A stretch of DNA of 64,000 bases from an uncultured Burkholderiales bacterium (GCA_903820745.1 CAIJIT010000315.1:976-64975); one strand, 5' to 3'. Counted from the first letter of the stretch, positions 8,277 to 20,590 are shown. Made by a program: numbers and translations. The notes: a model not told the origin generated them from the letters alone.

Positions 8277-10435
8277 CTCCGTGCAATAGATTGCTTCGCC
8301 GGCAGGCGCTCTGGCAGAAGCCGGCCATATTGGCGCTGGTCTGCGCCATGTCGGCCGGCCAATTGCCGGCCGCCGAAACAGCGCCAGCGCCACCGGGCGC
8401 CAGCAGCCATTCGCGGCCGGCCTTGAAATCACGCACGCCGGTGACGCTGAATTTCGTCAATGCCGACATCGAGGCGGTGACCCGCGCGATCGGCGTGATG
8501 CTGGATCGCCAATTCATCATCGACCCGCGGGTCAAAGGCCAGATCACGCTGTACAGCGAGCAGCCATTGAGCGTCAACGAGGCTTATCTGAGCTACCTGG
8601 CGGCCTTGCGCGGTCTGGGCTTCACCGTGGTCGAGAACACCGGCATGCTGAAGTTGATCCCCGAAGCCGACGCCAAATTGCAGGCCGGCTCGGTAGTGGT
8701 AGGAACCGCCAAGCAGCGCGGCGACCAGGTCGTCACGCAGATTTTCCAGATCAATTTCGAGAACGCCAATAATCTGGTCGCCGTGCTACGGCCGCTCATC
8801 AGCCCCAACAACACAATCAATGCCAACCCCGGCAACAACAGCCTGGTGATCACCGATTACGCCGAAAACCTGCAGCGCCTGGGCAAGATCATCGCGACGC
8901 TGGACCAACCGGGCAGCACCGACATCGAGGTCGTGCCACTCAAACATGCGATCGCCTCGGACCTCGCCGCGATGGCGCAAAAGCTGACCGATAGCGCGGG
9001 CGCAGCCGCGGTGCCGGGCCAGCCGTCCGGCAATGTGACGGTGCTGGCCGATCCGCGCAGCAACAGTCTGATCCTGCGCGCCGCCAATCCGGCGCGTCTG
9101 GCCGCTGCAAGGACGCTGGTCGAGCGCCTTGACCAGCCATCGGCCGAGAGCGGCAATATCCGCGTCGTCTACCTGAAGAACGCCGATGCAGCCAAGCTGG
9201 CGACGGTGCTGCGCGCGGCCTTCAGCAGCAGCGCCAGCGGCGCTTCTTCTTCAAGCAGCAGCACGCCCATGCCGCCGACCCCAACTGCGGTGGCGCCTGG
9301 CGGGGCATCGGCCGCGGCGACCACGCCGGTATCGGCCTCGCAAGGCCCTTCGACCGGCGGTTTCGTGCAGGCCGACCCATCAACGAATTCGCTGATCATC
9401 ACCGCATCCGAGCCGATGTACCGGCAGATCCGCGGCGTCATCGACCAGCTCGATCAGCGCCGCGCCCAGGTCTATGTCGAATCAATGATCGTCAAGGTCG
9501 ACGCCAGCAAGGCGGCCCAGTTCGGCATGCAGTGGCAGAACCTTTTCGGCAACAAGAGTGACAGCAGCGTCACTGCGATGGGAACGAATTTCGGTACGGG
9601 AAATGCCAATATCGTCAACCTGACGGCGGCCGGCGCCCAGGGCGCGAGCGGCATCGCCACTGCGGTTTCGGGCGGCATCACGGCCGGCCTGAATGTCGCC
9701 TTGCTGAAAAAAGTCAGTGACTTCTACACCCTCGGCGCGATCGCCAATTTTCTGGAATCGCAGTCGGGCGCCAACGTGCTTTCGACACCAAATCTGGTGG
9801 CACTCGACAACGAGGAAGCGAAAATCGTGATCGGCCAGAACGTGCCTTTTGTGACTGGCTCGTTCACCAACACGGGCGCGGGCGCCGGCGGCGCGGTGAA
9901 CCCGTTCCAGACCATTGACCGCAAGGATGTGGGGCTGACCCTGCGCATCCGCAGCCAGATCGGCGAGGGTGGCACGGTGCGGATGACGGTGTTCCAGGAG
10001 AACTCCTCGGTCGTTCCGAGCCTGTCGAGCAGCGCCGGCCCGACCACCGACAAGAGCTCGATCGAAACCACGGTGGTCGTCGACGATGGCCAGATCCTGG
10101 TGCTCGGCGGATTGTTGAAGGATGAATACACCGATGGCGAGGACCGGGTGCCCGGCCTTGCCGCGATTCCCTTCGTCGGCAATCTGTTCAAGAGCGAAAA
10201 CCGCAAGCGGGTCAAGACCAACCTGATGGTGTTCCTGCGTCCGGTGGTGATGCGCAGCCAGCAGACAGCCGACCAACTGACCCTCGATCGTTACGAGACC
10301 ATCCGCGCGCTGCAGCAGGTCAATCAGCCCAAGCCGAGCGCGGTGCTGCCCGATACCGGCGCGCCGCTGCTGCCTGCCGGACCAGCGACACCGGCGGGCG
10401 GTATCAGCACCCCGCGCACAACTGCACCGCAATGA
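8273..10435 (+). CDS. gspD: T2SS secretin
   Basis: [19 protein letters not shown] domains, [11 protein letters not shown], secretin C-domain. Confidence 0.96.
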   Translation: MTPCNRLLRRQALWQKPAILALVCAMSAGQLPAAETAPAPPGASSHSRPALKSRTPVTLNFVNADIEAVTRAIGVMLDRQFIIDPRVKGQITLYSEQPLSVNEAYLSYLAALRGLGFTVVENTGMLKLIPEADAKLQAGSVVVGTAKQRGDQVVTQIFQINFENANNLVAVLRPLISPNNTINANPGNNSLVITDYAENLQRLGKIIATLDQPGSTDIEVVPLKHAIASDLAAMAQKLTDSAGAAAVPGQPSGNVTVLADPRSNSLILRAANPARLAAARTLVERLDQPSAESGNIRVVYLKNADAAKLATVLRAAFSSSASGASSSSSSTPMPPTPTAVAPGGASAAATTPVSASQGPSTGGFVQADPSTNSLIITASEPMYRQIRGVIDQLDQRRAQVYVESMIVKVDASKAAQFGMQWQNLFGNKSDSSVTAMGTNFGTGNANIVNLTAAGAQGASGIATAVSGGITAGLNVALLKKVSDFYTLGAIANFLESQSGANVLSTPNLVALDNEEAKIVIGQNVPFVTGSFTNTGAGAGGAVNPFQTIDRKDVGLTLRIRSQIGEGGTVRMTVFQENSSVVPSLSSSAGPTTDKSSIETTVVVDDGQILVLGGLLKDEYTDGEDRVPGLAAIPFVGNLFKSENRKRVKTNLMVFLRPVVMRSQQTADQLTLDRYETIRALQQVNQPKPSAVLPDTGAPLLPAGPATPAGGISTPRTTAPQ

Positions 10436-10442
10436 GCTGAGC

Positions 10443-11858
10443 ATGCGCTACCCGCTTCCCTATGCCTTTGCCAAGGCCCATCTGGTGCTGCTTGAAGACG
10501 ATGGCAGCAGCCTGGTCTTGTGGGCCTCGCCTGAAGTCAGCCTTGCTACCTTGTCCGAAGTGCAGCGGCAATATGTCATCGACCGCCTGGAAAAGGAAGC
10601 GGGCAAGACGCTGACCGAACGGATCAGCGCCGCCTATGCTGGCAGCGAATCGAGTGCCGCGGTGGTCGTCGGCGAGGTCGAAAGCGCGATCGACCTGTCG
10701 CGGATGATGCAGGACCTGCCGGCAGTCGAAGACCTGCTGGAAGCCGCCAACGATGCGCCGATCATCCGCATGTTGAACGCGCTGCTGACGCAGGCGGCCA
10801 AGGACGGCGCCAGCGACATCCATATCGAACCCTACGAACGCGCCAGCTCGGTGCGTTTTCGCGTCGATGGCACTTTGCGCGAAGTGGTGCAGCCCAATCG
10901 CGGCCTGCATGCGGCGCTGATCTCGCGGCTGAAGATCATGGCCGAGCTCGACATCGCCGAAAAGCGCCTGCCGCAGGACGGACGCATTTCGCTGCGCATC
11001 GGCGGCCGCGCGATCGACGTGCGCGTCTCGACCTTGCCCTCGGCCCATGGCGAGCGTGCGGTGCTGCGTTTGCTCGACAAGACCGAATCAAAATTCACGC
11101 TCGAAGGCCTGGGCATGAACGGTGAGTTGCTCGCCTCTTTCCAGCGCCTGGTGCAACAGCCCCACGGCATCGTGCTGGTGACCGGGCCCACCGGCAGCGG
11201 CAAGACCACCAGCTTGTATGCCTCGCTGCAGACCGTCGATACCGGCACGACCAATGTGCTGACGGTTGAAGATCCGATCGAATATGAGTTGCCTGGCATC
11301 GGGCAGACCCAGGTCAATGCCAAGATCGATCTGAGCTTTGCCAAGGCGCTGCGCGCCATCCTGCGCCAGGATCCGGATGTGATCATGATCGGCGAAATCC
11401 GCGACCATGAAACCGCGCAGATCGCGATCCAGGCTTCGCTGACCGGCCATCTGGTGCTCGCCACCTTGCATACCAACGACGCGCCGAGCGCAGTCACGCG
11501 GCTGACCGACATGGGCATTGAGCCCTTCCTGCTCAGTTCGAGCCTGCTCGGCGTGCTGGCACAGCGCCTGGTGCGCAAGCTCTGCGTCGAATGCAAACGC
11601 ATCGATGCCCAGGGCCGTTACCAGCCGGTCGGCTGCGATGCCTGCGCCCGCACCGGTTACAAAGGCCGCACCGGCGTCTACGAGCTGATGGTTGCCGATG
11701 AAAAGGTGCGCGGACTGATCCACCAGCGCGCACCCGAGACTGAACTGCTGCTGGCAGCCCGAGCCGCCGGTCTGCGTTCGATGCGCGAGGATGGCGAACA
11801 ACTGGTGGCGCTTGGCATCACCAGTTCGGCCGAGCTGTTGCGGGTCACGCGCGAATAG
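10443..11858 (+). CDS. gspE: T2SS ATPase
   Basis: GPTGSGKTT Walker [17 protein letters not shown], CxxC pairs. Confidence 0.96.
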   Translation: MRYPLPYAFAKAHLVLLEDDGSSLVLWASPEVSLATLSEVQRQYVIDRLEKEAGKTLTERISAAYAGSESSAAVVVGEVESAIDLSRMMQDLPAVEDLLEAANDAPIIRMLNALLTQAAKDGASDIHIEPYERASSVRFRVDGTLREVVQPNRGLHAALISRLKIMAELDIAEKRLPQDGRISLRIGGRAIDVRVSTLPSAHGERAVLRLLDKTESKFTLEGLGMNGELLASFQRLVQQPHGIVLVTGPTGSGKTTSLYASLQTVDTGTTNVLTVEDPIEYELPGIGQTQVNAKIDLSFAKALRAILRQDPDVIMIGEIRDHETAQIAIQASLTGHLVLATLHTNDAPSAVTRLTDMGIEPFLLSSSLLGVLAQRLVRKLCVECKRIDAQGRYQPVGCDACARTGYKGRTGVYELMVADEKVRGLIHQRAPETELLLAARAAGLRSMREDGEQLVALGITSSAELLRVTRE

Positions 11859-11860
11859 CC

Positions 11861-13072
11861 ATGCCCGCGTACAAATACGAGGCGCTGAGCGCTGCTGGCC
11901 AAGCCAGCAGCGGCATGATCGAAGCCGACAACCCGCGCGCCGCCCGAGCGATGCTGCGCGCCCAGAGCCTGGTGCCGCTGTCGATGCTGGCCGTTCAGCA
12001 GCATGGCCAGGAGTCGGGCAACCGCTTCAAACGCCGTGTTTTCAGCGCCACCGCGCTGGCAGTCTGGACGCGCCAGCTGGCTGGCTTGGTCGGCTCGGGC
12101 CTGCCGATCGAACGCGCCTTGACCGCCTTGGCCGATGAGAGCGAAGACTCGCGCATCGCCGAGTTGCTGTCGCAGTTGAAGGCCGAAGTCAACGCCGGGT
12201 CGACCTTTGCCAGCGCCCTGGGCAGCGCACCGCGCGAGTTCGATGCCGTTTACCGCGGCGTGATCGCTGCCGGCGAGCAGAGTGGCGCCTTGGGTCAGGT
12301 ACTGGAGCGGCTGGCCGATGATCTGGAAGAGCGCCGCGATCTCGCCGCCAAGCTGATCGGCGCGATGGCCTATCCGGCGATCGTGTCGCTGATCGCCTTG
12401 CTGATCGTGATTTTCCTGGTCACTTATGTGGTGCCGCAGATCGCCACCGTCTTCACCAGCTCGAAGCGCGCCCTGCCCTTTCTGACTGTCAGCATGTTGG
12501 CGATCAGCGCCTTCGTGCTCGAATGGGGTTGGCTGATGTTGCTGGCCGTCATCGGCGCAGTCACCACGATGTCCTGGGCCTTGCGCCGCGAGGCATTTCG
12601 CCAGCGCTTCGATGCGGCCTTCCTGAAATTACCGCTGCTCGGCCGGCTCGCGCGGGGCTACAACGCCGCCCGCTTTGCCGGCACGCTGGCGATGCTGGCC
12701 GGGGCTGGCGTGCCGATCCTGAAAGCCCTGCAGGCAGCAGCCGAAACGCTGTCGAACCGCGCCATGCGGGCCGATGCGCTCGACGCGCTGGTGCAGGTCA
12801 GGGAAGGTGCGCCGCTGGGCTTGGCCCTGGCGGGCAAGAAGCGTTTTCCGGGGTTGCTGGCGATGTTTGCCAGGCTTGGCGAGCAGACCGGCCAGTTGCC
12901 ACAGATGCTTGAGCGTGCCGCGCGTCAACTGAGCCTCGAAGTGCAGCGCCGCGCGATGGCGGCAGCGACCCTGCTCGAGCCGCTGCTGATCGTCGCAATG
13001 GGCGCGGTCGTGCTGCTGATCGTGCTGGCGGTGCTACTGCCCATCATCCAGTTGAACACCTGGGTCAAGTAA
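11861..13072 (+). CDS. gspF: T2SS inner-membrane platform protein
   Basis: MPAYKYEAL, AGEQSG/GEQTG repeats, three TM segments. Confidence 0.95.
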   Translation: MPAYKYEALSAAGQASSGMIEADNPRAARAMLRAQSLVPLSMLAVQQHGQESGNRFKRRVFSATALAVWTRQLAGLVGSGLPIERALTALADESEDSRIAELLSQLKAEVNAGSTFASALGSAPREFDAVYRGVIAAGEQSGALGQVLERLADDLEERRDLAAKLIGAMAYPAIVSLIALLIVIFLVTYVVPQIATVFTSSKRALPFLTVSMLAISAFVLEWGWLMLLAVIGAVTTMSWALRREAFRQRFDAAFLKLPLLGRLARGYNAARFAGTLAMLAGAGVPILKALQAAAETLSNRAMRADALDALVQVREGAPLGLALAGKKRFPGLLAMFARLGEQTGQLPQMLERAARQLSLEVQRRAMAAATLLEPLLIVAMGAVVLLIVLAVLLPIIQLNTWVK

Positions 13073-13075
13073 ACA

Positions 13076-13972
13076 ATGCCCGCCACGCTTGAAGGACAAC
13101 TGGTCGTCGCGATTTCGTCCCGCGCGCTGTTCGACTTCGAGGAGGAAAACCAGCTGTTCGAGGCCGGCGATGACCGCGCTTACATGGAACTGCAACAGCA
13201 ACGGCTCGATCTGCCGGCCAAACCCGGCGTCGCTTTCTCGCTGGTCAACAAGTTGCTCGGTTTCAACCAAGCGGGCCGGAATCGGGTCGAGGTGGTGGTG
13301 CTGTCGCGCAATGACCCGGTTTCTGGCATGCGCGTGTTCCGATCCGCCGCCCATTACGGCCTGGCGATCCAACGCGGCGTGTTCACCCGGGGCGAGTCGC
13401 CCTGGCGCTATCTGGCACCGCTCAAAGCACAGCTGTTCCTGTCGGCCAACGATGCCGATGTGCGCTCGGCCTTGGCTGCCGGCGTGGCCGCAGCGCGGGT
13501 CTTTCCAAAATCTGCCCAGGCTTCAAGCGCACATCCGGACGAAGTCCGCGTCGCTTTCGACGGCGATGCCGTGCTATTTTCCGACGAAGCCGAACAGGTC
13601 TTCCAGCGCGATGGGTTGGATGCCTTCCAGGCCCATGAAACAGCACGCGCCAAGCTGCCGCTGGCCGCCGGGCCCTTCAAGCCGGTGCTCGAAGCGCTGC
13701 ACCAGTTGCAGCAGCAACCTTCGGAGCGAATGAAGATCCGCACCGCCCTGGTCACCGCCCGCAGTGCCCCCGCGCATGAACGCGCGATCCGCACCTTGAT
13801 GGACTGGAACATCGAGATCGATACCGCGATGTTCCTCGGCGGTCTGGCCAAGGGCGAATTCCTGCGCGAATTCGAGCCTGATTTCTTCTTCGACGACCAA
13901 GCCGGCCATATCACCAACGCCAGCCTTCATGTGCCTTCAGGTCATGTGGCGTCGGGCATCTCGAATCGCTGA
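13076..13972 (+). CDS. 5'-nucleotidase (cN-I/NT5C1-like family)
   Basis: VAISSRALFD, AFDGDAVLF, VTARSAPAHER, FFDDQ motifs. Confidence 0.9.
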   Translation: MPATLEGQLVVAISSRALFDFEEENQLFEAGDDRAYMELQQQRLDLPAKPGVAFSLVNKLLGFNQAGRNRVEVVVLSRNDPVSGMRVFRSAAHYGLAIQRGVFTRGESPWRYLAPLKAQLFLSANDADVRSALAAGVAAARVFPKSAQASSAHPDEVRVAFDGDAVLFSDEAEQVFQRDGLDAFQAHETARAKLPLAAGPFKPVLEALHQLQQQPSERMKIRTALVTARSAPAHERAIRTLMDWNIEIDTAMFLGGLAKGEFLREFEPDFFFDDQAGHITNASLHVPSGHVASGISNR

Positions 13973-14137
13973 AGACTCAAGTGCAAATGCTGCGCCGAGA
14001 TCGTCGGCCGAATGGCATCGGGTAAGCGACTGCGCCCATGTCCCCCGAGCCGGTCTGCGACCAGCTCTCCTCCTTTACTTCGCTACGCCGCTCGCCCGAT
14101 GTCATTCTTCTGCGTGGCTGCAGTTACTCAGATAATT

Positions 14138-15391
14138 TCAGCTCAACTCGACCCGAGCGAACTTGCGCTTGCCGACCTGGGCGACAAAGCTGCCGGCTCC
14201 CAGCTTCAGGCCTTTGTCGCTGATGGTCACGCCGTCGATCTTGACGCCGCCCTGCTCGATCATGCGGGTGGCTTCGCCGCCTGAAGCCACCAGACCTGCG
14301 GCCTTCAGCATCGCACCGACGGCAAGCGGGGCGCCGCTGAGGACGACTGCGGGGATTTCATCCGGAATCCCGCCGCGGGCGCGGTGGTTGAAGTCGGCTT
14401 CGGCGGCATCGGCGGCGGCGGCGCTGTGAAATCTTGTGGTGATTTCCTTGGCCAGCATGACCTTGGCGTCCTTCGGGTTGCGGCCGGCTTCGACCTCGGC
14501 CTTCAGGTCGGCGATCTCGTCCATGCTCTTGAAGCTCAGCAAGGTAAACCAGCGCCACATCAACTGGTCGCTGATCGACAAGACCTTGGCGAACATCTGC
14601 GCGGCGGGCTCGCTGATGCCGATGAAATTGTTCTTCGACTTGGACATCTTCTCGACGCCGTCCAGCCCTTCCAGCAGCGGCATGGTCAGGATGCATTGCG
14701 GCTCTTGGCCATATTCCTGCTGCAGATGGCGGCCCATCAGCAGATTGAACTTCTGGTCGGTGCCGCCGAGTTCGAGGTCGCTTTTCAAGGCCACCGAGTC
14801 GTAACCCTGCATCAGCGGGTAGAGGAACTCATGCACCGAAATCGGCGTCTGCGAGGCAAAGCGCTTGGTGAAGTCGTCGCGCTCCATCATCCTTGCCACC
14901 GTGTAACGGGCTGCCAACTCGATCATGCCGCGTGCGCCGAGCGGGTCACTCCACTCGGAGTTGTAACGAACCTCGGTGCGGGCCGGGTCGAGCACCAGGC
15001 TGGCCTGGGCGTAATAAGTCTCGGCATTGACCTTGATCTGCTCGGCAGTCAAAGGCGGGCGGGTGCTGTTGCGGCCGGAGGGGTCGCCGATCATCGAGGT
15101 GAAGTCGCCGATCAGGAAGATCACCTGATGGCCGAGGTCCTGCAACTGGCGCAGCTTGTTCAGCACCACGGTATGGCCGATATGGATGTCGGGGGCGGTC
15201 GGATCGAGGCCGAGCTTGATGCGCAGCGGCACGCCGGTGGCTTCGGACCTGGCCAGTTTTTGCAGCCAATCGGCTTCGGGCAAAAGTTCCTCGCAGCCGC
15301 GGCGTGACAGGGCCAGCGCCGCCAGAACGCGCTCGGTTACCGGGTAAGTCGGCTTCTTGGTATTGGCGGTAGAAATGCGCGATTCGGACAT
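14138..15391 (-). CDS. tyrS: Tyrosine--tRNA ligase
   Basis: [20 protein letters not shown]-terminal S4 domain. Start taken at MSESRI. Confidence 0.97.
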   Translation of the reverse strand: MSESRISTANTKKPTYPVTERVLAALALSRRGCEELLPEADWLQKLARSEATGVPLRIKLGLDPTAPDIHIGHTVVLNKLRQLQDLGHQVIFLIGDFTSMIGDPSGRNSTRPPLTAEQIKVNAETYYAQASLVLDPARTEVRYNSEWSDPLGARGMIELAARYTVARMMERDDFTKRFASQTPISVHEFLYPLMQGYDSVALKSDLELGGTDQKFNLLMGRHLQQEYGQEPQCILTMPLLEGLDGVEKMSKSKNNFIGISEPAAQMFAKVLSISDQLMWRWFTLLSFKSMDEIADLKAEVEAGRNPKDAKVMLAKEITTRFHSAAAADAAEADFNHRARGGIPDEIPAVVLSGAPLAVGAMLKAAGLVASGGEATRMIEQGGVKIDGVTISDKGLKLGAGSFVAQVGKRKFARVELS

Positions 15392-15611
15392 GTCAGCTGT
15401 TGGGCTCCGGAAAAAGCCTGTGTTTATGGGGTTTTCTCGGCATTGACGCCGCGCTTGGGTCGGTATACTGCGTGCTTTGCGGCGATTGCACCCGCCGCAA
15501 GGCGGACTGCAAAGCCAGACAATTCTAGTGGACATGATTTGTGGCCACCAGTTGCTGACCTCAGCCAGGCTGGGTGCGGTCAGAACTGAAATACTCAAGG
15601 GCCCATAAAGC

Positions 15612-16994
15612 GTGACCGACTGGATCATGACCGTAAAACTGGCTTTGGCGCGAGCCGAAGCCTTTGCCGCCCGGCATCCGCGCGGCTTGACCAGCGGCGT
15701 GGTCGGTTTATTGAGCGGTTTTGCGATCACGGCCTTCGGTATCGCGCCACTGGCGCCCGATGCACGCAACCTGCCTCAGCAGACCGTGACACAAAGCATT
15801 CAGTCGGCAGACCTTGAATCGCAACTGGCAGAGATCGCAGCGCAAAAGGTCGGCCTGAGTCGCAATGATTTCACCCGCAGCAGCGACACGATCGAAGCCT
15901 TGTTCAAACGCCTCGGCGCGTTTGATCCGGCCGCTGCACAGTTCTTGCGCAAGGACCCGCTGGCACGCCGGATTCTGCAGGGTCGTGCCGGCAAGATGGT
16001 GCAACTGACAGCCGATGCATCAGGCAATGTGCAGAGCCTGGTCGTACGCTTCCAGGCCGACAAGGCCGAACAACTCAACACCCATTTCAGTCGCCTGAGC
16101 ATCGAACGCCAGGCCCACGGTTTCAGTTCGAAGCTCGAGACCGCCGCCTTGCAGTCGCAGATCCGACTGGGCAGCGGCAGCATCCGCAGTTCGCTGTTCG
16201 CAGCCACCGACGAAGCTCGCATCCCTGACGCGATCGCCACCCAGATGGCTGATCTGTTTGCCGGCGACATCGATTTCCACCGCGAACTGCGCAAGGGCGA
16301 CCGTTTTTCGGTGGTCTATGAAAATCTGACTGCCGATGGTGAAGGCGTCAACTGGGACAGTGCTGCAGGCCGCGTCATCGCCAGCGAATTCGTCAACAAT
16401 GGCCGCAGCTATACGGCGGTCTGGTTCAAGGACAGCAGTACCGGCAAGGGTGGCTATTTCGGCCCCGACGGCCAGAGCAAGCGCCGTGCCTTTCTGGCCA
16501 GCCCGATGGAGTTTTCGCGCATTACCTCGGGCTTTGCAATGCGCTTTCACCCGATCCTGCAATCCTGGAAAAAACATCTGGGCATTGACTACGGTGCGCC
16601 ATCCGGCACGCCAGTGCGCAATGTGGGCGACGGCGTGGTCGAGTTTGCCGGTTGGCAGAACGGCTTCGGCAATGTCGTCCATGTACGTCACAGCGGCGAC
16701 CGCAGCACTGTCTACGGGCATTTGAGCCGCATCGACGTGAAGAAAGGCCAGCGCCTCGACCAAGGTCAGCGTATCGGTGCGGTCGGCGCCACGGGTTGGG
16801 CCACCGGCCCGCATCTGCACTTTGAATTCCGCGTCAAGGGTTCGCAACAGGATCCGCGCGTGATCGCCCGCGCTTCCGAGTCTGTGACCTTGCCGGCCAC
16901 GGCAAAGGCCCAGTTCCAGCAAACCGTGGCCAGTATCAAGTCGCAGCTGAGCGTAGCCCGGACCGTCGAAGGCGGCGTCATCGGCGCCGATTAA
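15612..16994 (+). CDS. M23-family peptidoglycan endopeptidase (MepM-like)
   Basis: HLGID and GPHLHFE zinc motifs, N-terminal anchor. Confidence 0.9.
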   Translation: MTDWIMTVKLALARAEAFAARHPRGLTSGVVGLLSGFAITAFGIAPLAPDARNLPQQTVTQSIQSADLESQLAEIAAQKVGLSRNDFTRSSDTIEALFKRLGAFDPAAAQFLRKDPLARRILQGRAGKMVQLTADASGNVQSLVVRFQADKAEQLNTHFSRLSIERQAHGFSSKLETAALQSQIRLGSGSIRSSLFAATDEARIPDAIATQMADLFAGDIDFHRELRKGDRFSVVYENLTADGEGVNWDSAAGRVIASEFVNNGRSYTAVWFKDSSTGKGGYFGPDGQSKRRAFLASPMEFSRITSGFAMRFHPILQSWKKHLGIDYGAPSGTPVRNVGDGVVEFAGWQNGFGNVVHVRHSGDRSTVYGHLSRIDVKKGQRLDQGQRIGAVGATGWATGPHLHFEFRVKGSQQDPRVIARASESVTLPATAKAQFQQTVASIKSQLSVARTVEGGVIGAD

Positions 16995-17011
16995 GTCGCT
17001 GGCTTGAGGCC

Positions 17012-18121
17012 ATGTCCGAGTTCTATATCGGCTTGATGTCGGGCACCTCGCTCGACGGCATCGATGCCTTGCTGGTGAGTTTCCCGCCAACTGATGAAAC
17101 CGGCACCATGCAGGTGCTGGCGCACAGCTTCAAACCCTTTGACCGCGAACTCAAGTCAGCCTTGCTGGCCTTGAACGGCCCGCTGGATCAGGAACTGCAT
17201 CGGGCCGCGCTGGCCGGCAATCGCGTGGCCAGCAGCTATGCCGAACGGGTCAGGGAACTGCTGCAGATCGCCGGCAAATCCGCGCAGGACATCAAGGCGA
17301 TCGGCGCCCATGGTCAGACCATCAGGCATTGCCCTGGTCAGCAAGGTGGCTACACGATCCAGTTGCTCAACGGCGCCATGTTGGCCGAGCTTTCCGGCAT
17401 CTCTGTCATCTGCGATCTGCGCAGCCGCGATGTCGCCGCCGGTGGCCAGGGTGCGCCGCTGGTGCCGGCATTTCATCGCGAACAGTTCGGGCAGGACGGC
17501 CGCGACCTTGCCGTTTTGAATATCGGCGGCATCAGCAATATCAGCCTGCTGGGGCAGGACGGTAAGACCATGGGCTTTGACTGCGGCCCGGGCAACTGCC
17601 TGATGGATGACTGGATCCTGGCAAGGCAGGGACTGGCCTATGACGCAGCGGGTGCCTGGGCCGCCACTGGCGAGGTTCTGCTTGAGCTGCTGAACGCCTT
17701 GCTGGCCGAGCCCTTTTTTGCTCAGCCGCCACCACGCAGCACCGGCCGCGACCAGTTCAACCTGGCCTGGTTAGCCCCGCAATTGCACGCTTCATTCAGG
17801 CCGCAGGATGTGCAGGCGACCCTGCTCGAGCTGAGCGCCCGCAGCATTGCCGACAGCCTTCAGGGCTTCGGCCAGGGCAATGCCGAATTACTGGTCTGCG
17901 GTGGCGGCGCCCTGAATCTGCGATTGATGCAACGACTGCAGGATTTACTGCCCAATCTGACCGTCTTGCCGACCGACAGCCGGGGTTTGCCGGTGATGCA
18001 GGTCGAGGCGGCGGCCTTTGCCTGGCTGGCGATGCGCTTCATGCGCAGGCTGCCGGGTAACCTGCCCGCAGTCACCGGTGCCAAGGGGCCGCGCATTCTG
18101 GGCGCTTTGTATCCGGCATAA
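17012..18121 (+). CDS. anmK: Anhydro-N-acetylmuramic acid kinase
   Basis: GLMSGTSLDGID, GGQGAPLVP, FDCGPGN. Confidence 0.96.
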   Translation: MSEFYIGLMSGTSLDGIDALLVSFPPTDETGTMQVLAHSFKPFDRELKSALLALNGPLDQELHRAALAGNRVASSYAERVRELLQIAGKSAQDIKAIGAHGQTIRHCPGQQGGYTIQLLNGAMLAELSGISVICDLRSRDVAAGGQGAPLVPAFHREQFGQDGRDLAVLNIGGISNISLLGQDGKTMGFDCGPGNCLMDDWILARQGLAYDAAGAWAATGEVLLELLNALLAEPFFAQPPPRSTGRDQFNLAWLAPQLHASFRPQDVQATLLELSARSIADSLQGFGQGNAELLVCGGGALNLRLMQRLQDLLPNLTVLPTDSRGLPVMQVEAAAFAWLAMRFMRRLPGNLPAVTGAKGPRILGALYPA

Positions 18122-18143
18122 AAAAAGCCGCCTCAAGGGCGGC
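18120..18143 (-). terminator. Intrinsic terminator downstream of erpA
   Basis: On the minus strand GCCGCC-CTTGA-GGCGGC-T7. Confidence 0.7.
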
Positions 18144-18162
18144 CATTCCGGTCAAAAATGAC

Positions 18163-18537
18163 TCAAGCCGAGAAGCTTGAACCGCAACCGCAGGTTGTGG
18201 TGGCATTCGGATTCTTGATCACGAACTGCGCGCCCTGCAAGTCTTCCTTGTAGTCGATCTCTGCACCAGCCAGATACTGCAAGCTCATCGCGTCGATCAG
18301 CAATGTGACGCCATTCTTGTGCATCTGCGTGTCGTCTTCATTGACCGCTTCGTCGAAGGTAAAGCCGTACTGGAACCCCGAGCAACCACCGCCCTGCACG
18401 AAGACGCGCAGCTTCAACTCTGGATTGCCTTCTTCGGCTACAAGATCACGCACCTTTTCCGCCGCGCTGTCGGTAAAGATCAAGGGCACCGGCATTTCGT
18501 CGGCGTCAGCCACGATGGATTCAAGAACTGCGTTCAT
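18163..18537 (-). CDS. erpA: Fe-S cluster insertion protein
   Basis: [11 protein letters not shown] and TCGCGSSF. Confidence 0.95.
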   Translation of the reverse strand: MNAVLESIVADADEMPVPLIFTDSAAEKVRDLVAEEGNPELKLRVFVQGGGCSGFQYGFTFDEAVNEDDTQMHKNGVTLLIDAMSLQYLAGAEIDYKEDLQGAQFVIKNPNATTTCGCGSSFSA

Positions 18538-18731
18538 AGGGACTCCTGTTTGAATGCCGCGCTTTCAAGGCACGACAATACCCGTTTATTTCCTAATGAT
18601 CCCATGCCGGATAGCCACCTGCATCTTTGTGGGTATTTTTCCGGCGCTCCCAAAAGCAAACAAGGCCGCAAAAAGCGGCCCTGTTGCGATTTTGCCGCCA
18701 ACGGGGCCAGGCCCCGCAAGTGACAAATCGA

Positions 18732-19124
18732 TCAGCGCTTGCTGAACTGCTTACGGCGACGAGCACCGTGCAGACCAACTTTCTTGCGCTCGACTTCACG
18801 GGCATCGCGCGTCACAAAGCCGGCACGGCTCAGTTCGGGCTTCAGCGTCGCGTCATAGTCGATCAGCGCACGGGTGATGCCGTGGCGAATCGCCCCAGCT
18901 TGACCCGACTCGCCACCGCCGTGGACATTGACCTTGATGTCAAACGCTTCGCCATTGTTCGTCAACAGCAAAGGCTGCTTGGCGATCATGATCGAGGTCT
19001 GACGACCAAAATAATCACCAACGGCCTTGCCATTGATGACGATGAGCCCGCTGCCTTTTTTCATGAAGACACGAGCAACCGACGATTTACGCCGGCCAGT
19101 ACCGTAGTTCCAGTTTCCGATCAT
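18732..19124 (-). CDS. rpsI: 30S ribosomal protein S9
   Basis: [13 protein letters not shown]...QFSKR. Confidence 0.99.
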   Translation of the reverse strand: MIGNWNYGTGRRKSSVARVFMKKGSGLIVINGKAVGDYFGRQTSIMIAKQPLLLTNNGEAFDIKVNVHGGGESGQAGAIRHGITRALIDYDATLKPELSRAGFVTRDAREVERKKVGLHGARRRKQFSKR

Positions 19125-19133
19125 CACCGCTCC

Positions 19134-19562
19134 TTAGATTTCCAGAGCCTTGGGCTGCTGAGCGGCATGCGGGTGGGAACCACCTGCATAGACCTTCAGC
19201 TTCTTCACCATGGCGTAGCCCAACGGACCTTTGGGCAACATGCCCTTGACAGCCTTTTCCAGAGCGCGCCCTGGATGCTTGGCTTGCATGTCCTTGAACT
19301 TGGTGGCATGAATGCCGCCGGGGAAGCCCGAATGACGGTAATACACCTTGTCATTGGCCTTGTTGCCGGTGACACGCAGTTTTTCTGCGTTGATGATGAC
19401 GATGAAATCGCCGGTGTCCACGTGAGGCGTGTAAATGGCCTTGTGCTTGCCGCGCAAACGGAGTGCCACTTCGCTGGCAACACGTCCGAGCACCTTATCG
19501 GTGGCGTCAATCACAAACCACTCGTGCGTCACTTCGGCCGGCTTGGCGCTGAAGGTCTTCAT
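19134..19562 (-). CDS. rplM: 50S ribosomal protein L13
   Basis: [32 protein letters not shown]. Confidence 0.99.
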   Translation of the reverse strand: MKTFSAKPAEVTHEWFVIDATDKVLGRVASEVALRLRGKHKAIYTPHVDTGDFIVIINAEKLRVTGNKANDKVYYRHSGFPGGIHATKFKDMQAKHPGRALEKAVKGMLPKGPLGYAMVKKLKVYAGGSHPHAAQQPKALEI

Positions 19563-19867
19563 GAGTTACTTTCGAATGCTTGGTTCTCCGATAGACGGAG
19601 TCAAGCGGTCGGATGGCTGAATAAGGTCTTTGCCTCGCATTCGGTGCCGCTTATCGACATCCGCAACAAACCGGGCTTGAACCCCGTCGTATGCAGATCT
19701 CGCGACCTCTCACACCAAGCGCAAAGACTTCTTCCCTGCAGCCAAATACAGGAAAGCCGACGAGTGTAGCAGCAAGCAGGGCTTGCCGGCAGCTCAGGCG
19801 ATAAAACTTCGCCCGATCGAGACCGCCTGCAGCGGTTACTATCAGGGTAATCACTTAGCTCCGGGGC

Positions 19868-20590
19868 ATGAGTTTCAATATGAATGCGAGCCCGACCGAC
19901 AAGAACGACAACATTCCAGCAGCCACGCCGATTGCAACAGCCCTGAGACGGATCTCCTCCTGGGTTGCGATTCGCTCGCTGGCAAAGCGGCACCGGCACC
20001 GTATCGCCCAGCACTTGCTGAGCCTGGATGAACATGACCGCTATCTGCGCTTCGGCTATCCGGCTGCGGATGAGCAGATCAAACGTTACGCGATGTCGAT
20101 CGACTTCGATCGCGACGAGGTGCTCGGCATCTTCAACCGCAAGCTGGAGTTGATCGCGATGGCCCATCTGGCCTATGCCCCGGAGCCGCAGCGCGACGGG
20201 CATCCGGCCATGGCCGAGTTCGGCGTTTCGGTGCTCAAACATGCGCGCGCCAGAGGCTTCGGCGCACGCTTGTTCGAGCGCGCCGCATTGCACGCCCGCA
20301 ACCGCGGCATCGACACGTTGTTCATCCACGCCTTGAGCGAGAACCTGCCGATGCTGAAGATTGCCCGCGATGCCGGCGCCAAGCTCGAGCGCAATGGCTC
20401 CGAAGCCGATGCCTGGCTGCGCCTGCCACCCGACACCATGACCTCGCATGTCGGCGAAGCCCTGGAGCGCCATATGGCCGAACTGGACTTCCAGTTCAAG
20501 CGCCATGCCCATGCGCTCGATGAGTTGATTGAGGGCGTGGGGGAATTGAAAGGCCAGCTCGAAGACTCGCACAACGCGGCCAACCAATAG
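19868..20590 (+). CDS. GNAT-family acetyltransferase with C-terminal helical extension
   Basis: RYLRFGY, AEFGVSV...RARGFGARL motif A. Start uncertain. Confidence 0.8.
   Translation: MSFNMNASPTDKNDNIPAATPIATALRRISSWVAIRSLAKRHRHRIAQHLLSLDEHDRYLRFGYPAADEQIKRYAMSIDFDRDEVLGIFNRKLELIAMAHLAYAPEPQRDGHPAMAEFGVSVLKHARARGFGARLFERAALHARNRGIDTLFIHALSENLPMLKIARDAGAKLERNGSEADAWLRLPPDTMTSHVGEALERHMAELDFQFKRHAHALDELIEGVGELKGQLEDSHNAANQ

Noticed and set aside
15443-15510. TTGACG/TATACT promoter and GCAA-capped hairpin upstream of the M23 gene
   Set aside because: The 15-nt spacer is short, and a single 5-bp hairpin is not evidence of a riboswitch or T-box.
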